Source: Selaginella moellendorffii (taxonomy: Eukaryota > Plantae > Lycopodiophyta). Taken from it: a stretch of 64,000 nucleotides of DNA. Shown here one piece after another: positions 50,014 to 63,065 of the stretch. Every line of letters begins with the position of its first letter. Within the stretch, counting starts at the first letter, position 1. The notes under the pieces were generated by a model, which ran no database searches, was not told where the DNA came from, and saw only the letters and a list, made by a program, of their open reading frames with translations. The DNA lies in the NCBI RefSeq assembly GCF_000143415.4, contig NW_003314417.1, positions 185,752 through 249,751 on the forward strand. The letters run 5' to 3'. The position numbers and the translations under genes are program-made.

Positions 50014-51121
50014 TGTAAGCGACTAAATTTTCCATTCTACTTTAGTCACTTAACCACACCTCCGACCACTTGGAGGAGTCTCATTCACAACCTCCATAAG
50101 TCCAATCCAGGACTTGGGACTTGCTAGCCCCGAGAATGGCATCCATGCCACTCAACATTTGCACTTGGTCCAAGTGCTCCACGTGTCCGATCCCATGACC
50201 GACACTCAAAGGTACCACCGACATAGCAGCCCGTTACGCTAAGGCCATGCCCAATCACCTTTGCCACATTGGTAGTCCAATACCACTTGCATCACCGTCT
50301 TGGCTCTCCAAGACTAGGCAAACCATCCGTGAGTGGTCATCTCAGATCCACTCCTTAGCATCCTTAGGATGCCCACCGACAAGGGGAATAGCCTTCCCCA
50401 ATATCCCTCTGTCAGTCCCCACTAAGTCCCTTTCTGCCCCTGGCCATGTTTGCCAACACTGCCACTGGATCGAGACCCACAGGCCCGACCACTAAGTCCC
50501 ACGGTCCTCTGGGACTTCCTCACCACATGACTGTGTCCTTGGTCACTACCCCAGAGGACTGCTCCTCTTCCTTTCCACAGTCTGGGCCTTTGGGACAACA
50601 TTTCGGAACACCGTGGCCTTACGCGAGCCACCTGGGTACTCTCCTCGCCTTCTGCCCTTGGGTGCTCTAGCCATGGGCTTAGAGCGGGTTCCGTTGAGCC
50701 ACACCAAGTATCCAAGTAGGTAGTGCCACCCACACTTGGACTGGGAGCATCGGCCAGTCGATCTCCCGGGGGAACTAGAGCCGGCTCTTGAACACTTCAC
50801 CAAGCTACCCCGCTTGTTGGTCTGTGTTCACTCTAGTCTTGGACTTCCCAGTGGGCAGCTCATCACCCAACACTGGGTCCGGCCTTCCTGGGCCAAACTG
50901 GCCTTTCCTGGCCAAACTGGCTCCACTGCAGTCCTCCCCCTACTATACTTTTGGAGCTCACCAAACCCCCCAGGGTCTGGGAGACGAACGCTTTGGGCTT
51001 TCACCCTCTCAGGCTCCGGACTCGGACTCGGACTCGGACTCAGACTCGGACTCGGATTCGGACTCGGACTCGGGCTCGGGCTCGGTCTCGGCCTCGGCCT
51101 CGGTCTCGGTCTCGGTCCCGA

Positions 51122-51153
<32 letters not shown>

Positions 51154-51918
51154 CCGGTCTCGGTCTCGACTTCGGACTCCATCTCGGACTCCATCTCGGG
51201 TCCATCTCGGACTCCATCTCGGACTCCATTTCGGGTCCATCTTGGGTCCACCTCGGACTCCATCTCGGACTCCATCTCGGACTCCATCTCGGGTCCATCT
51301 CGGACTCCACTTCGGACTCCAACTCGGGTCCATCTCGGGTCCACCTCGGACTCCACTTCGGACTCCAACTCGGGTCCATCTCGGGTCCACCTCGGACTCC
51401 ACTTCGGACTCCATCTCGGACTCCATCTCGGACTCCATCTCGGACTCCATTTCGGGTCCATCTCGGGTCCACCTCGGACTCCATCTCGGACTCCATCTCG
51501 GGTCCAGCTCGGACTCCACTTCGGACTCCAACTCGGGTCCATCTCGGGTCCACCTCGGACTCCACTTCGGACTCCATCTCGGACTCCATCTCGGGTCCAT
51601 CTCGGACTCCACTTCGGACTCCAACTCAGGTCCATCTCGGACTCCACTTCGGACTCCAACTCGGGTCCATCTCAGACTCCACTTCGGACTCCCACGTGTC
51701 ATGTGTTGGTCCTTTTAGGTCCCTTTTTGGAGCCTCGCCTTTTGCTCGCTTCGTGCTCGTTCCTCGAGCACTTCGTTGGGAGTTCCACTCCCGCTCTTGA
51801 CTTTTCAAGTCGGAGCTTTTGGTCCAAACGTTTTACGCTCGTTTGGCTCTCGCTTCGGCCACTACCATGTGGCGCCCTTCCGGCTCCACTTTGGGGCCTA
51901 GGGATTTTGTGTCTCACA
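50014..51918 (-). mobile_element. Family A solo LTR, TSD CCCAC
   Basis: cccac|tgtaagcg ... gtctcaca|cccac. Confidence 0.95.
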
Positions 51919-52641
51919 CCCACGAGGCTCGTGTAAGGCCACGGTGTTCCAAAATGTTGTCCCAAAGTCCCAGACGGTGAAAAGGAAGAGGAGCAATCCT
52001 CTAGTGCAGTGACCAAGGATACGGTCACATGGTGAGGAAGTCCCAAAAGATAGTGGGACTTAGAGGTCGGGCTTGCAAGCTTCGACCCAGTAGTAGTGTT
52101 GGTGAACACGGCCATGGACAGAAAGGGACTTGATGAGAATTGGTATAGAGATATTGGGGAAGGCTATTCCCCATGTTTGCGGGCATTCTAAGGATGCTAA
52201 AGAGTGGATCTGGGATGACCACTCATGGACGGATGGCTCAGTCTTGGAGAGACAGGATTGCAATGCAAGTGGTGTTGGACCATCGATGTGACCAAGGTGA
52301 TTGGGCATGGCCTAGTGTAACAGGCTGGTACGTTGGTGGTGCCTTGGGGTGTCGGTCATGGGACCAGACACGTGGAGCACTAGGACCAAGTGCAAAGGTT
52401 GAGTGGCATGGATGCCATTCTCGGGGCTAGCAAGCCCCAAGTCCTGAGTGGGACTTATGGAGGTTGTGAATGAGACTCCTCCAAGTGGTCGGAGGTGTGG
52501 TTAAGTGACTAAAGTAGAATGGAAAAATTTAGTCGCTTACAAGTTATTTGTTGGCTAATCCTTTCAAATATTCTTTCCTTACTGCCATGACAACAGAAGG
52601 TCGGTATTGTTGGACCCTTTATTAGTCCCTCTGATACAAAA

Positions 52642-53764
52642 TGTAGTGCATGTGGTTTTTACCCTTTATCCTATGGTGAATTACCATTGGATAACCATGA
52701 AGTGGAATCTAAACCATTTATGTGCGACATGTCATATGCCACATGCCATATGCCACATGTCCAAAGGACAGGAACTTGAGTTTTAGGGCCTTGGGCCGCT
52801 AAATGAAGGAATGGAGCAAAACTCCTAAGCATGGAGCCAAGGAGCGACAGAACTAGAGCATGGAGCAACTCCCAAGTATACAGCCTAAAGAGTGAAGGGA
52901 CAAGAGGATGGAGCAACTTATAATAGTCCTAAAGCATCCAACATCCTAATGCTAAGACCAACACACAAAATAGAGTCAAACAAAGTTTAGCACTATTTAG
53001 CATACCAATGGCCTAACACAAGGATATGGGTACTCCACCAGCTAATATGGTGTAGAACTTGGGTTTAGAACCAAGCTGAATGCAGAATAAGGACAAACAT
53101 ATAAGTGAGAGCTAGACTATACCTAAGGTTGGTTGGTTATGCCCGACCTACCCACTATCCCTACTATACATTTGGAACCTCACCCCCCCCCCCCCCTAGA
53201 AGAACACATGCTTGGGCTTTCACCCTTAACCACTCTTAGTGCCAAGAGTTAGTCTTTAGGACAAGTTTGAAACTTACTAAATATGGCATGGCACTAAATT
53301 GCAAATTTTGGATGTGGGACAAACACTATTGTGTTCAGGACAACCTCTAAATTTCATAGATATGCCAAATTAGCAAATCTAGACACTTTTCACAAACAAC
53401 AATTTGGGACCGAATAGGACAAATACAAAGGGCATGATAGCGAGGGTGTTTGGCAAACACGATAAACTATCATTTAGCAAATATTAAGGGACCAATCTCA
53501 ATATGGCAAAGGTTCTTGTCAAGCAAGTGCATGATAGAGCAAAAGAGAACTAACAAGCCACGTCAAGTATGCTTGGCTAAATACACACTTATTCCTTCTT
53601 TATGCTCATTTGGCCAAGTACAAATGCAAAGTCAAGTTTACTAACACTTGAACAAGAGGGACTAATAAAGAGTTTAGCAATACCGACCTCCTGCCATCGT
53701 GGTAGTAAGGAAAGAATATCTGAAAGGACTAGCTGACAAATAACTTTTGATACCCATAGTCACA
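52642..53764 (-). mobile_element. Complete family B LTR, inverted, with PBS remnant
   Basis: tgtagtgca ... tagtcaca is the reverse complement of the 55367-56446 type; preceded by ctctgatacaaaa. Confidence 0.85.
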
Positions 53765-54993
53765 TTCGAGTGCTAGTAAACTTAACTTTGCATTTATTCT
53801 TGGTTGGATAAGTATAAGGAAGGAATTCCTAAGTGTCTATTTAGCCAAACATACTTGGCCCGACTTGTTTGTTCTCTTTTGCTTTATTATGCACTAGCTT
53901 GATAAGAACCCTCGCAATATTGATATTTATCCCTCAATATTTGTTAAATGATAACTTACTGTATTTGCCAAACACCCTCGCTTTCATGCCTTTTATGTTA
54001 TTGGCATTCGTGCATTTGTTACTTAGCAACTATGTTGCCATTCAAACAAATTGAGTGGCAAGCTAAGTTATAGACGAGATTGTTTAATAGGGGTTGAGTG
54101 CTGAGCTTTTCCTTGAAAAGTAATTTTATTGTGGACTATGCTATCTTTACAAAGGGAAAAGTTAGTGATTGATATTGAAGGTATTAGTTCTTTGTTGGAT
54201 TTGAGTTGAGGATATATCAATTATTAATGATTCTTCTTGTGTTTGTTATGAAGTCAGTTATATCTTGCTATAGATGGATTCATGGAGGATCATTTAGTAA
54301 TCACTTGTTAAACATAGCTTTGTTGTGCTTAGCTTTCGGATTGATGTAGAAATGCTCTTCATTAGCTTTGCATTATAAAGTTTAATTTATGGATATGTTG
54401 AAGAGGATTTTGTGGGTTGTACCATGATTTCTTCTTTACCATTGAAATTTGTTCATGCAAGACTCGTGATCATTATTAAGCAAAACTTGGCTATAGCCTT
54501 CTTTGTGATTTACTCTGGATTAGTATTTTAGGTTTGACACATCAGTAAGATGTTGTTAACTCTTGCTTAAGAAATTTGAGTCCCTTAGTATGGTTGACTA
54601 AGATCTATTCAAATTGGCTAGTGCGATAGTTGGCATGAATGAGTGGTTGTTAGTCTTGTTGCATTCATTTATTTTTGTTGATTGTTGCTAAGGTTGATTC
54701 TAATAGATTTAAATGTTATTTCCTTTGGGTGATACATTCACGAGCATTTTGCTTGCCAGTTGATGATATTTTGTGTTCTTTGAGTTATTTTACGTAAGTT
54801 ATGTCATGGGGTAGTTACTATCAACTGGTTATATCACTCGCCTCTCTTTGGATGTTCCTTATATTGTTTAAAAGGGCTTGACTTTGTAAACAACTCTAAC
54901 TGCCTATTTACAGTAGTATATCTAAACCTTACCAATGGGTTTGGTTTCTTTACTCACGAGGGTTAGAGCCTCTAACTTCTCTCTCTATGCCTC

Positions 54994-55158
54994 TGTGGGC
55001 AGTGGCATATCATACTTTTGTAAGCTGGGTGACACCTAGAGTAGCACAGGTGGCTAACTCCATTTGTCATTTTCTTGTGGGCAGAGGCATATCACACTTT
55101 TGTAAGCTGGATGACACCCATAGTAGCATAGGTGGCTAACTCTATTGGTCATTTCCTT
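54994..55158 (+). repeat. 82-bp tandem repeat, two copies
   Basis: tgtgggcagtggcatatca... starts at 54994 and 55076. Confidence 0.85.
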
Positions 55159-55366
55159 ATTGGCAATGGCCGGAAGGTGTTTGAGTTGGTAGTGCATTTG
55201 CATTAGAGAAAAAAGTTGCCTTATAACTCATTTAACTTGGTGTATTTTTCACAAAGTGAATACTGTGAATTTTTTCTAAAGTTGTTTTCTTGGCGGTGTT
55301 ATAGACTAGAGTATGCATCAACAAGGACATCGATCTTCCCTGAGGGGGGGGGGGGGGGGGCACAAA

Positions 55367-56446
55367 TGTGATTGCGAGTATTGAAAGCTACTTATTGGTT
55401 AGTCCTTTCGAATATTCTTTCCTTACTGCCACAATGGTAGGAGGTTAATATTGCTAAACTCTTTATGAGTCCTTGTTCAAATGTTAATAAACTTGACTTT
55501 GCATTTATATTTGGTTGGATGAGCATAAGGAAAGAATTTTTAAGTGTCTATTTAGCCAAGCATACTTGGCCCGATTTGTTAGTTTTCTTTTTCTCTATTA
55601 TACACTGGCTTGACAAGAATCCTTGTGATATTAAGATTGGTCCCTCAATATTTGCTAAATGATAACTTACCATGTCTGCCAAACACCCTTGCTATCATGT
55701 CCTTTGTATTATTAGTCCTATTCAATCCCAAATTGCTATTTATAGAAAATGTCTAAATTTGTTAATTTGCCATATCTACGGAATATAAAAGTTGTCTTGA
55801 ACACAATGGTGTTAGTCCTACATACAAATTTACAATCTAGTGCCATTCCATATTTAGAAAGTTTCAAGTTTATCCTAGAGAAAGCCTAAAGCATGTGTTC
55901 CTCAATAAAGGGGGGGGTGGGGGGGGGGATTCCAAATGTATAGTAGGGATAGTGGGTAAGTTGGGCATGGTTGACCAACTTGAGGCATAGTCAAGCTCCC
56001 GTTTGCGTGCCTATCTTTGTTTTGCATTTGGATTGGGTCTAAGCCTAAGGTCCACACTATATTAGCTAATACCCATATCCTTGTGTTAGGCCATTGGCTG
56101 AAATAGTGCTAAACTTTGTTTGGTTCTAGGATTAGGATGTTGGATGCTCTAGGACTGTTCTAAGTCACTTCATACTTTTGTCCCTTCACTCCTTGGGCTA
56201 TACACTCAAGAGTTGCTCTGTGCTCTAGTTCCATTGCTCTTTAGCTCCATGCTTAGGAGTTTGGCTTCGTTCCTTCATTTAGTAGCCCAAAGCACTAAAA
56301 CTCGGGTTCCACTCTACTGTTATTTGGACACATGACATATGGCATGTGGCATGTGATACATGGCTTATGGAGGGTTTAGGTTTCACTTTGTGATTATCTT
56401 ATGGTAAATCACCATAGGATAAAGGGTAAAAACCATGTGCACTACA
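55367..56446 (+). repeat. Family B 3' LTR (about 1.08 kb)
   Basis: TG...CA termini after a G-run PPT; homologous to 8692-9648 and 52642-53764. Confidence 0.85.
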
Positions 56447-57214
56447 CCCTTGCATTAATTACCATCCTTGCCAAATATACATGTGATCATTCCCAAGAGT
56501 AGAGAATTCTCACATGGCTTTGAGATCTTCTAATGCTGCTGCTACTGCTGTGTTTTCGACTTACTTGTAGCATGAAGTTGACTCTGGGTCTTCCAAACAG
56601 CCTTTCTACCACCATACTACTGTTAAAAGCTGTGACAAAAAACCATATCCCAACTAAAAAACTTCCTTTAGCTCTAATTAGTAAAACATACAAAGTACAA
56701 TGATTACCAGTATCCCAAAATACTTTTTTCAAAATGAATAGATATCAGAGGTTCCACTCTGTAATCATGAAGAAAGGATAGATGTAAACACTGCTAGCAC
56801 AGAAGTACTGTAAGTGACAGGATCACACGGGTGAAATATGTTCATTATTTGCCTGCATACTAGCATTTCTTTTTCAATGCCTTCATCTTCCCAGTACTCA
56901 TGACCTATTTCTACACAAGCACATTCAAATACCATAAATTACATATATACATGTTCCAAGGCATACATTTTGGAGAATAAGAAACAATGACGATACTACT
57001 ATGAAAATGTGTCCACTTGCAAGAAAGAAACTTCTCACTCGAAAGAAGAGGCTTTCAATTGTTGTCAAGCTTGAGATCCTGGTGACCCACGCCTCTCAAA
57101 TAAATCTATTTGAAATTCTTTACCAGTTGCTTGATGATTCTGGCTGCTTTCTCCTCACCAATATTCTTGCAAATATGCTATATTTAAAAGACCACATAAT
57201 TATGGAATAACGCC

Positions 57215-57736
57215 TTAAGAAATGAAGGCAATATTTCCACCAATGAACGTAACCACTCGAGGAAAAATCCCTGTGCCCTGTCCAAAAGGAGACTCAGACA
57301 ACACTACAAAGTCGGCAAACTTTCCTTGCATCAGCGACCCAACCAAATCCTCTAATGCAGCTGCATACACAGCCGAGGATGTGTACCTGTGAATCCAAAA
57401 ACACGAACTGCATTTCAGTTTTCTCATCTGTTTTTTCTTACCCTGCCACTGCGTCCCATGCAGAAATCCTTTCCTCGGGAATCCAGGGATGACTCCAGCC
57501 CGAAGGTGTTCTCTCCATGGCAGTGCGGATCCCTCCAACTGGATTCACTGCTACCACCTTGAGACAAACCATTCACGTAACACCAAAGAAAAAGTAATTG
57601 ACAGGCTTACAGGCCAGTCGGATCCTAACCACGCTACCGTTTTCGAGGGACCAGAGGTTATAAGATCCGCGTGAGCACCTTCTCACCAAGTTTCTTCACG
57701 GCGTAGTAAGCATCATCTAGAAGTTGCTCTGGCTGT
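57215..57736 (-). pseudogene. C-terminal exons of an amidohydrolase-3 (LAF3/YtcJ-like) gene, decayed
   Basis: QPEQLLDDAYYAVKKLG, GSDWP followed by gtaag, IPEERIS, YTSSAVYAA.LED.VGSL..GKFADFVVLS; frameshifts; no N-terminal exons. Confidence 0.8.
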
Positions 57737-57909
57737 ACAAAAATATAGGGTTTTGCAATGGAGACAAAATGCAGTCGATGCGCACAATGCATGGTTTCTT
57801 CGGACTCTCTCTGCTCGGTTTGGCCTTTACTACGGTCTTTTGGACGTCCTGTGGTTTTCTCCTGTGATGTTTTCCTTCCTGGCGTTAGAGAGTAACTGAG
57901 GATCAAACG

Positions 57910-59185
57910 AAACAACCTCGCCATGTAAGATTGCACTGCCTGAGCAAAGCCAGGCTTGTACGAGAAGAGCAGCCCACGGAAGAGCTTCCCATCGATGGAG
58001 GCTTCTAGTTGAATACGTCGCTTACTCTAGCCTCGAACATCTTCTCGCCTAGTGGCTGAACGTGAGCTTGAAACTCTGTAGCATGAGTTTTACAGGGAAA
58101 TATTGGAGAGGTCCAAGGTTTTCCACAGATACCTCCGTGAGATGAAACCAAGCTCTTGTCCACATCCCGTTGCTTGTCTAGCATGAATGGCATGGCAGGA
58201 TACTCTTGCCGCCTTCTCTTAAGTTCCTTACGCATGGATAGCTTTGGTTCTGATGGATCTTTCTCCCTCAGCATCTCTTCACAGAAAAACGGCAACCATA
58301 TTGTCAAGAATGGCAGCAATGTCAATAAAAGAAGAAGCCAACCTGTGTCGAGGAAATACATGTCATCCAGAGCTTCAAGCTCTTTGTTACATCCCTCATA
58401 GACGAATAATATGCCTCACTCTGCGTCCACAGAATCTCCTGCAAGGGAGAAACGTGGAGAAGGCCTGGAACTAGAGGGATTCGAAGTCGCCCAAACACCA
58501 GTCGCTGCAAAATACATAAAAGCCCCATGAGAGACCAACAGGAAACAAATCTACCTACAAGCGAGATACTTTCCATGGCTGATTGTTGTATCCCCGGCTC
58601 TTGGCATCAGCTCGGCACCAGTCGTCTTTACCTCCCACCATGCCATTGTTTCTGGATTACCACCGTCCGCGTCACCCATGACAACGAAACAGTTCTTATA
58701 GGAAGAGCAGGTATGGCTATCCCGAGAAATAGGCGAGGCTCCAGTGGTAGAAATCTTCTTCCAGACAAAAGTATCTACAGGGAAAAAAAAAGTTTAGAAG
58801 AAAACAAGGAAAGTTAACAGGATATTACTCGTGTTCAAAACAAGGAGGTCGTTGTAGTACTCCTCCTCTGAGGGATCGCTGGATTTCCCACTTCCCCCAA
58901 ACATGAACAGGTTGTCACCGATGAGAGACGTGCTATGTCCTTCTCTCGGAGCAGGAACATCACCAAAGTGTTGGTAGCTGCATCGGATGATAAGAACAAG
59001 AAAAAACAATCGATACAACTCGGAGCTTACCAGTATCCAAAACAAAGAGTATGATTGAGCGGGCTGGTTCCATCAGTACCACCAAACACATAGAGCTTAG
59101 ACCCGACGGCCATTGAGCTGTGGCTGTCTCGAGGAGAAGGGTGCGTTCCTTTCATCACAGGCTTGCTCCAGGTGTACGTCCCTAC
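57910..59185 (-). pseudogene. Kelch-repeat protein gene fragment, decayed
   Basis: TWSKPVMKGTHPSPRDSHS..VGSKLYVFGGTDG; PAPREGHSTSLIGDNLFMFGG...YYNDL; EPKLSMRKELK; FEARVSDVF..SIDGKLFRGLLFSY. Confidence 0.8.
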
Positions 59186-60174
59186 GCGATCACACCAGAA
59201 GAGTGAAGAACCTTGATTCTAGTCGTCGATCACAACGTGAATCCCCTCGTTGTCCGAGACGTTGTCCCTGTCGTGAGCTCCATCCACCATAGCCTCTTCA
59301 CCTTTCACTCCCAATCCTCGTCGCATTTCCGACCAGAGCACATCGATCTGTCAAATGCACCTGCGCAGGCGGATGCCAGCGATTGTTTTCCCAGCGTAAG
59401 TCTGGAAGGTCTCGCTGACCATTGAGCACAACTATGGCGACACAGAGAAAGCCATGAGCCTCTCAAACCTTTGCAAATGGAGAAACAAACACAACCTCGT
59501 TGTAATAGGCTGGGACTTTCAGCCGCTTAGGACCGTTATCCAGTCCCGTTCCCAGGACTTCTTCCGGAGCTGCCCAAAAATGAACGCGTTAGAGTTTTTT
59601 CTAGTGTCTAAATCGAAGGAACTCACTCAAAGGTGTTGGATAAGGAACAAATGTAGGTTGCGGCTTTTGGTAGGAGGTTTTTTGGTCCCTCACCAGGCTC
59701 GACGCCGCCGTTGCTGCAATTGGCCGGAATATCTTGGTCATCCTGGAACATCTCAAGTTAGAATCGCAGGGACGACGATAGGGGGGTTGAGACTCTTTTA
59801 CCAGATGATATTCTCAGTTGAGTACTTTTTCCATAAGTGTGACTCTTTTCTTCACGAACTCGGTAATTCTACGAACTCTACAAACAGAGACAAATCCCTT
59901 CCTAGGGTTAGAAATAGGATAAATGAAACGTACCATCTACATATCAATCTGCAAAGCATACTTAAGCAAAGCATTCCCTCCCAGTCGATGGAGCGGTTGC
60001 AAATCTAGAATTGAAACAGTACCTCCCATATTGCCATCTTGGCCGTCTATATCAATCGTCACAGATTTGGACAGTCAGATTAATAGTATCTACCATAAGT
60101 AAAAATGGATATTCTTAAAATGGAATATGTGACGCCAATGCCAAAATAGCAACTTTAAATAAAGAGTTTGATGA

Positions 60175-60200
60175 CTAGCAGGGAACCCAGCTCCGCTGGG
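60175..60200 (-). mobile_element. Helitron 3' terminus
   Basis: Reverse complement reads cccagc-gga-gctggg ttccctg ctag t. Confidence 0.88.
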
Positions 60201-60555
60201 ATAGTTAGATGCTAATTCTAAAAAGAGAACAATTTATTAAAACTTGCTTAAGTTCAATATGTAACAAGCACTTGGTTTATTTAGTTTTTACTTAGTGATT
60301 GCAACCAAACACTATTTCTTAAATGGTTTACTGGAATAGAATAATACAAGCTTGGACTCAAAGCTTAAAAGAATTATTCAACACATGAAGAGGTGGCTTA
60401 ATCATATTCCTCAATTTGGTATATTATTTGGGCATTCCAGAGGTAAGAGCAGTTAATGGGATGGCATGGTAAAGGGCTTTTTGGTATAGAATGGCTCGTT
60501 GTCTTTATATACAGTCATTCTATATAGATGACCTAGTCATTATAGAACTAATTAG

Positions 60556-60581
60556 TCAGCAAGGATCCCAGCTCTGCTGGG
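60556..60581 (-). mobile_element. Helitron 3' terminus, internal, ending CTGA
   Basis: Reverse complement reads cccagc-aga-gctggg atccttg ctga; the adjacent sequence (gtagagaatat) matches that of the 20281 end. Confidence 0.72.
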
Positions 60582-61274
60582 AGTAGTAGAGAATATTTTC
60601 AATTTGAAAAAATGTAGTTGTAATTATAATTGTTCAATCTATTTCTTTTTTTGCTTTCTCCTGGCATGTTTATTTTTATTTTATCTTAATTTTACTACTA
60701 TTAATCTCCAAATTAATGGAAAATAATGCAATTAGATAATAATGCAAGTGTTGGGGAAGATAAGATCATTTTTTAATCATCATCAAATTTTAATTTAAAT
60801 TCTTTTATTGCCTATATAAAAAGTTACACAAACCTAAACACATCTACAAATTAAATTATAAATCATATTGAGTCGAAGAGTTTTCTACAATATTCATCTT
60901 AAAATTAATATAAATCATAGTTGTAAATATTTCTTTGATAAATATTTTAATAAATAGTTGCTATATATGTGTTGTATTGTATGCATTGTATTTATTTTTA
61001 TATTTTCATGTATCAATGCACAAAAGAATACTCTTAAAAACAGTATTATAGCTTTAGGATATCACACAAATCTTAAACTATATCTACTTTGATGCCATAC
61101 GCACTCTACATAATGAGTTTGTTTTTGGTTACTTATGGAACTTTGATCTTCATGCAGGGGTTCTTAAGTTCTTCTCCAGCTTCCTTTGGAAAAATGTGCC
61201 ACAGGTAAGAAGAATTCTCCCAATAATCTGGAAGCTTTTTGTGACTAATATGTGATCGATCTCTGAGGGCGCTG

Positions 61275-61375
61275 CTGTGCTTAAAAGAGCACGACAAATT
61301 GTACAAAATAGTGTTAAGTCAAGTTTTATATGGCCATTTATAGTGAAATATACACTTACAGAAAATATGCATGTT
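61275..61375 (+). pseudogene. Short Helitron helicase remnant
   Basis: VLKRARQIVQNSVKSSFIW....LTENM, homologous to 15453-15517. Confidence 0.65.
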
Positions 61376-62707
61376 AATTCGTTTGGTTTTGTAAAAACTA
61401 AATTTTCTTTTCAAATATGGCAGCAATATTTTAGATGTGTTTAGATTTTTGTACCTTTTTATAAGAATAATAAAAAATTTAAATTCAAATTTAATGATTA
61501 TTAAAAAATGATCCTATGTTCCTCAACACTTGCATTATATCTAATTGCATTATTTTCCATTTATTTGGAGATGAATAGTAGTAAAATTAAGATAAATTTA
61601 ACATTGTATACAATCAAAATATCTAACATTTTAGAATTACAAAAGAAGATCTATTTATCTTTGATATGCTATATCTCCCAGCGGATATATCAGCATACTC
61701 TTTGATCTATAGAATAAAACCTTTATAGAACAAAGAGTATTTAATTGATTCAATAGTATATTGTAGAATTAAACATAATTTTTTTGTACAAAGATCATAT
61801 ATAGCAGACACAATAGAAAACATACTATAAAGTTTAAATGTAAATAATGTGGTGAATATAGAAAATGATTTTTTTCATAACTTAAAATATAAGAGTTGAA
61901 TGGCACCAGCTATTTTATCTTATAAATTAGCTTTAGTTTTGTCAATAATCTTATGATACTTATTATACACTCATAATGAATATAATCGCATTGAGTTGTT
62001 TGTTCGCTCAGATATAGTCTAAGATTTGTGTAATATCTGTAAGTGATAAGATTTGTGTAATTTGTGTAAGTGATAATACTGTTTTTAAGACTAATAATTT
62101 AAAAATTGATAAATAAATATTTGATAAATAAATATAATGACATACAGGTAAAAATATGATTGAGCAACATTAGACACAATACAAAAGGCTACAATCTACA
62201 AAAATGTCATTCCAGGAAAAAAATGATTACGCATCATGAATACCCTAATATCAGAGTAAAACCTTACCTTTCACTGAAAAATATTAGCCTCAATAACATT
62301 GTTATAATGCCATAAACTTAAATAAAAATCAATGAAACTTAGAGATAATAATCTTAATTTATATAAGCATTTTCTCTATATAAAAAGATATACAGAAACA
62401 ATGTTAATGATATGTAATATAATACTTTAACTTTTAATAAATACTAATCTGCATAACAATATTTATTTTTTATAAATTTATAAAATGTATGTAGTTTGAG
62501 TTTTAAATCTATATTTTTTATCATTATTATATTTTAATATACTTAAAGTAACACTTTAATATAAAAATAAAATATAAAAAACAGATTATAAAATATTTAT
62601 ATTTTTTTTAAAATTTAGATGTAGCACCTAAATAATAATATTTTTATATTTTTTCTGTGGTACTATATTTAATATAGTATAATAACATTATCAGACCCAG
62701 GAGTGAT

Positions 62708-62893
62708 GAAAATTAGTTGCTAAAGTCTCAACTATGCTAGGAACATCGTGTTTATTCCTGATGTTTTAGTAATTTCTAAGAGTTCTAATCATAATTGTAA
62801 TTTTTAACATAATCATAATGATAACATATATAGTTAAACATATATAATCTTTATATTAGAAATCCCTTCTACAATTGACTCTATCACTAACAC
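62708..62893 (-). repeat. About 185-bp inverted repeat, left arm
   Basis: Reverse complement of 63382-63569. Confidence 0.85.
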
Positions 62894-62912
62894 AAAACAC
62901 GATATTCAAATC

Positions 62913-63065
62913 ATGTTCAAGGCTCGGCAGGGCGTGAAATACATTTGCCTCGACAGCTTACAGGTGCTCAACTCTGAAACTCTGGAACCAGTTGCCAAGG
63001 ACGGTGTCACCTTTGGCGAAGTTTGCATGCATGGGAACGTGGTGTTCAAGGGGTACTTGAACAAT
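62913..63065 (+). pseudogene. Acyl-activating enzyme (AMP-binding, plant AAE clade) fragment
   Basis: ARQGVKY..LDSLQVLNSETLEPVAKDGVTFGEVCMHGNVVFKGYLNN; a GC-richer island in very AT-rich DNA. Confidence 0.8.

Larger units (their letters stand above)
26833..52541 (+). mobile_element. Outer family A non-autonomous (LARD-like) LTR retrotransposon with nested insertions; TSD AGTTA
   Basis: Starts tgtgagacac, ends gcttaca; agtta at 26828-26832 and 52542-52546; no gag/pol ORF internally. Confidence 0.9.
52542..56446 (+). mobile_element. Family B non-coding LTR element: disrupted 5' LTR, degenerate internal region, PPT, 3' LTR
   Basis: 5' LTR pieces at 26823-26832, 52542-52630 and 53765-about 54000; G-rich PPT at about 55343-55361; 3' LTR 55367-56446 (tgtgattg...cactaca). 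Confidence 0.75.

Noticed and set aside
41339-51936. Long SR-, ES- and GL-rich ORFs on both strands
   Set aside because: They are translations of the stop-poor LTR hexamer arrays, and frames differ between copies.
59454-60008. 184-aa ORF
   Set aside because: No motif; composition suggests a chance ORF upstream of the minus-strand fragments.
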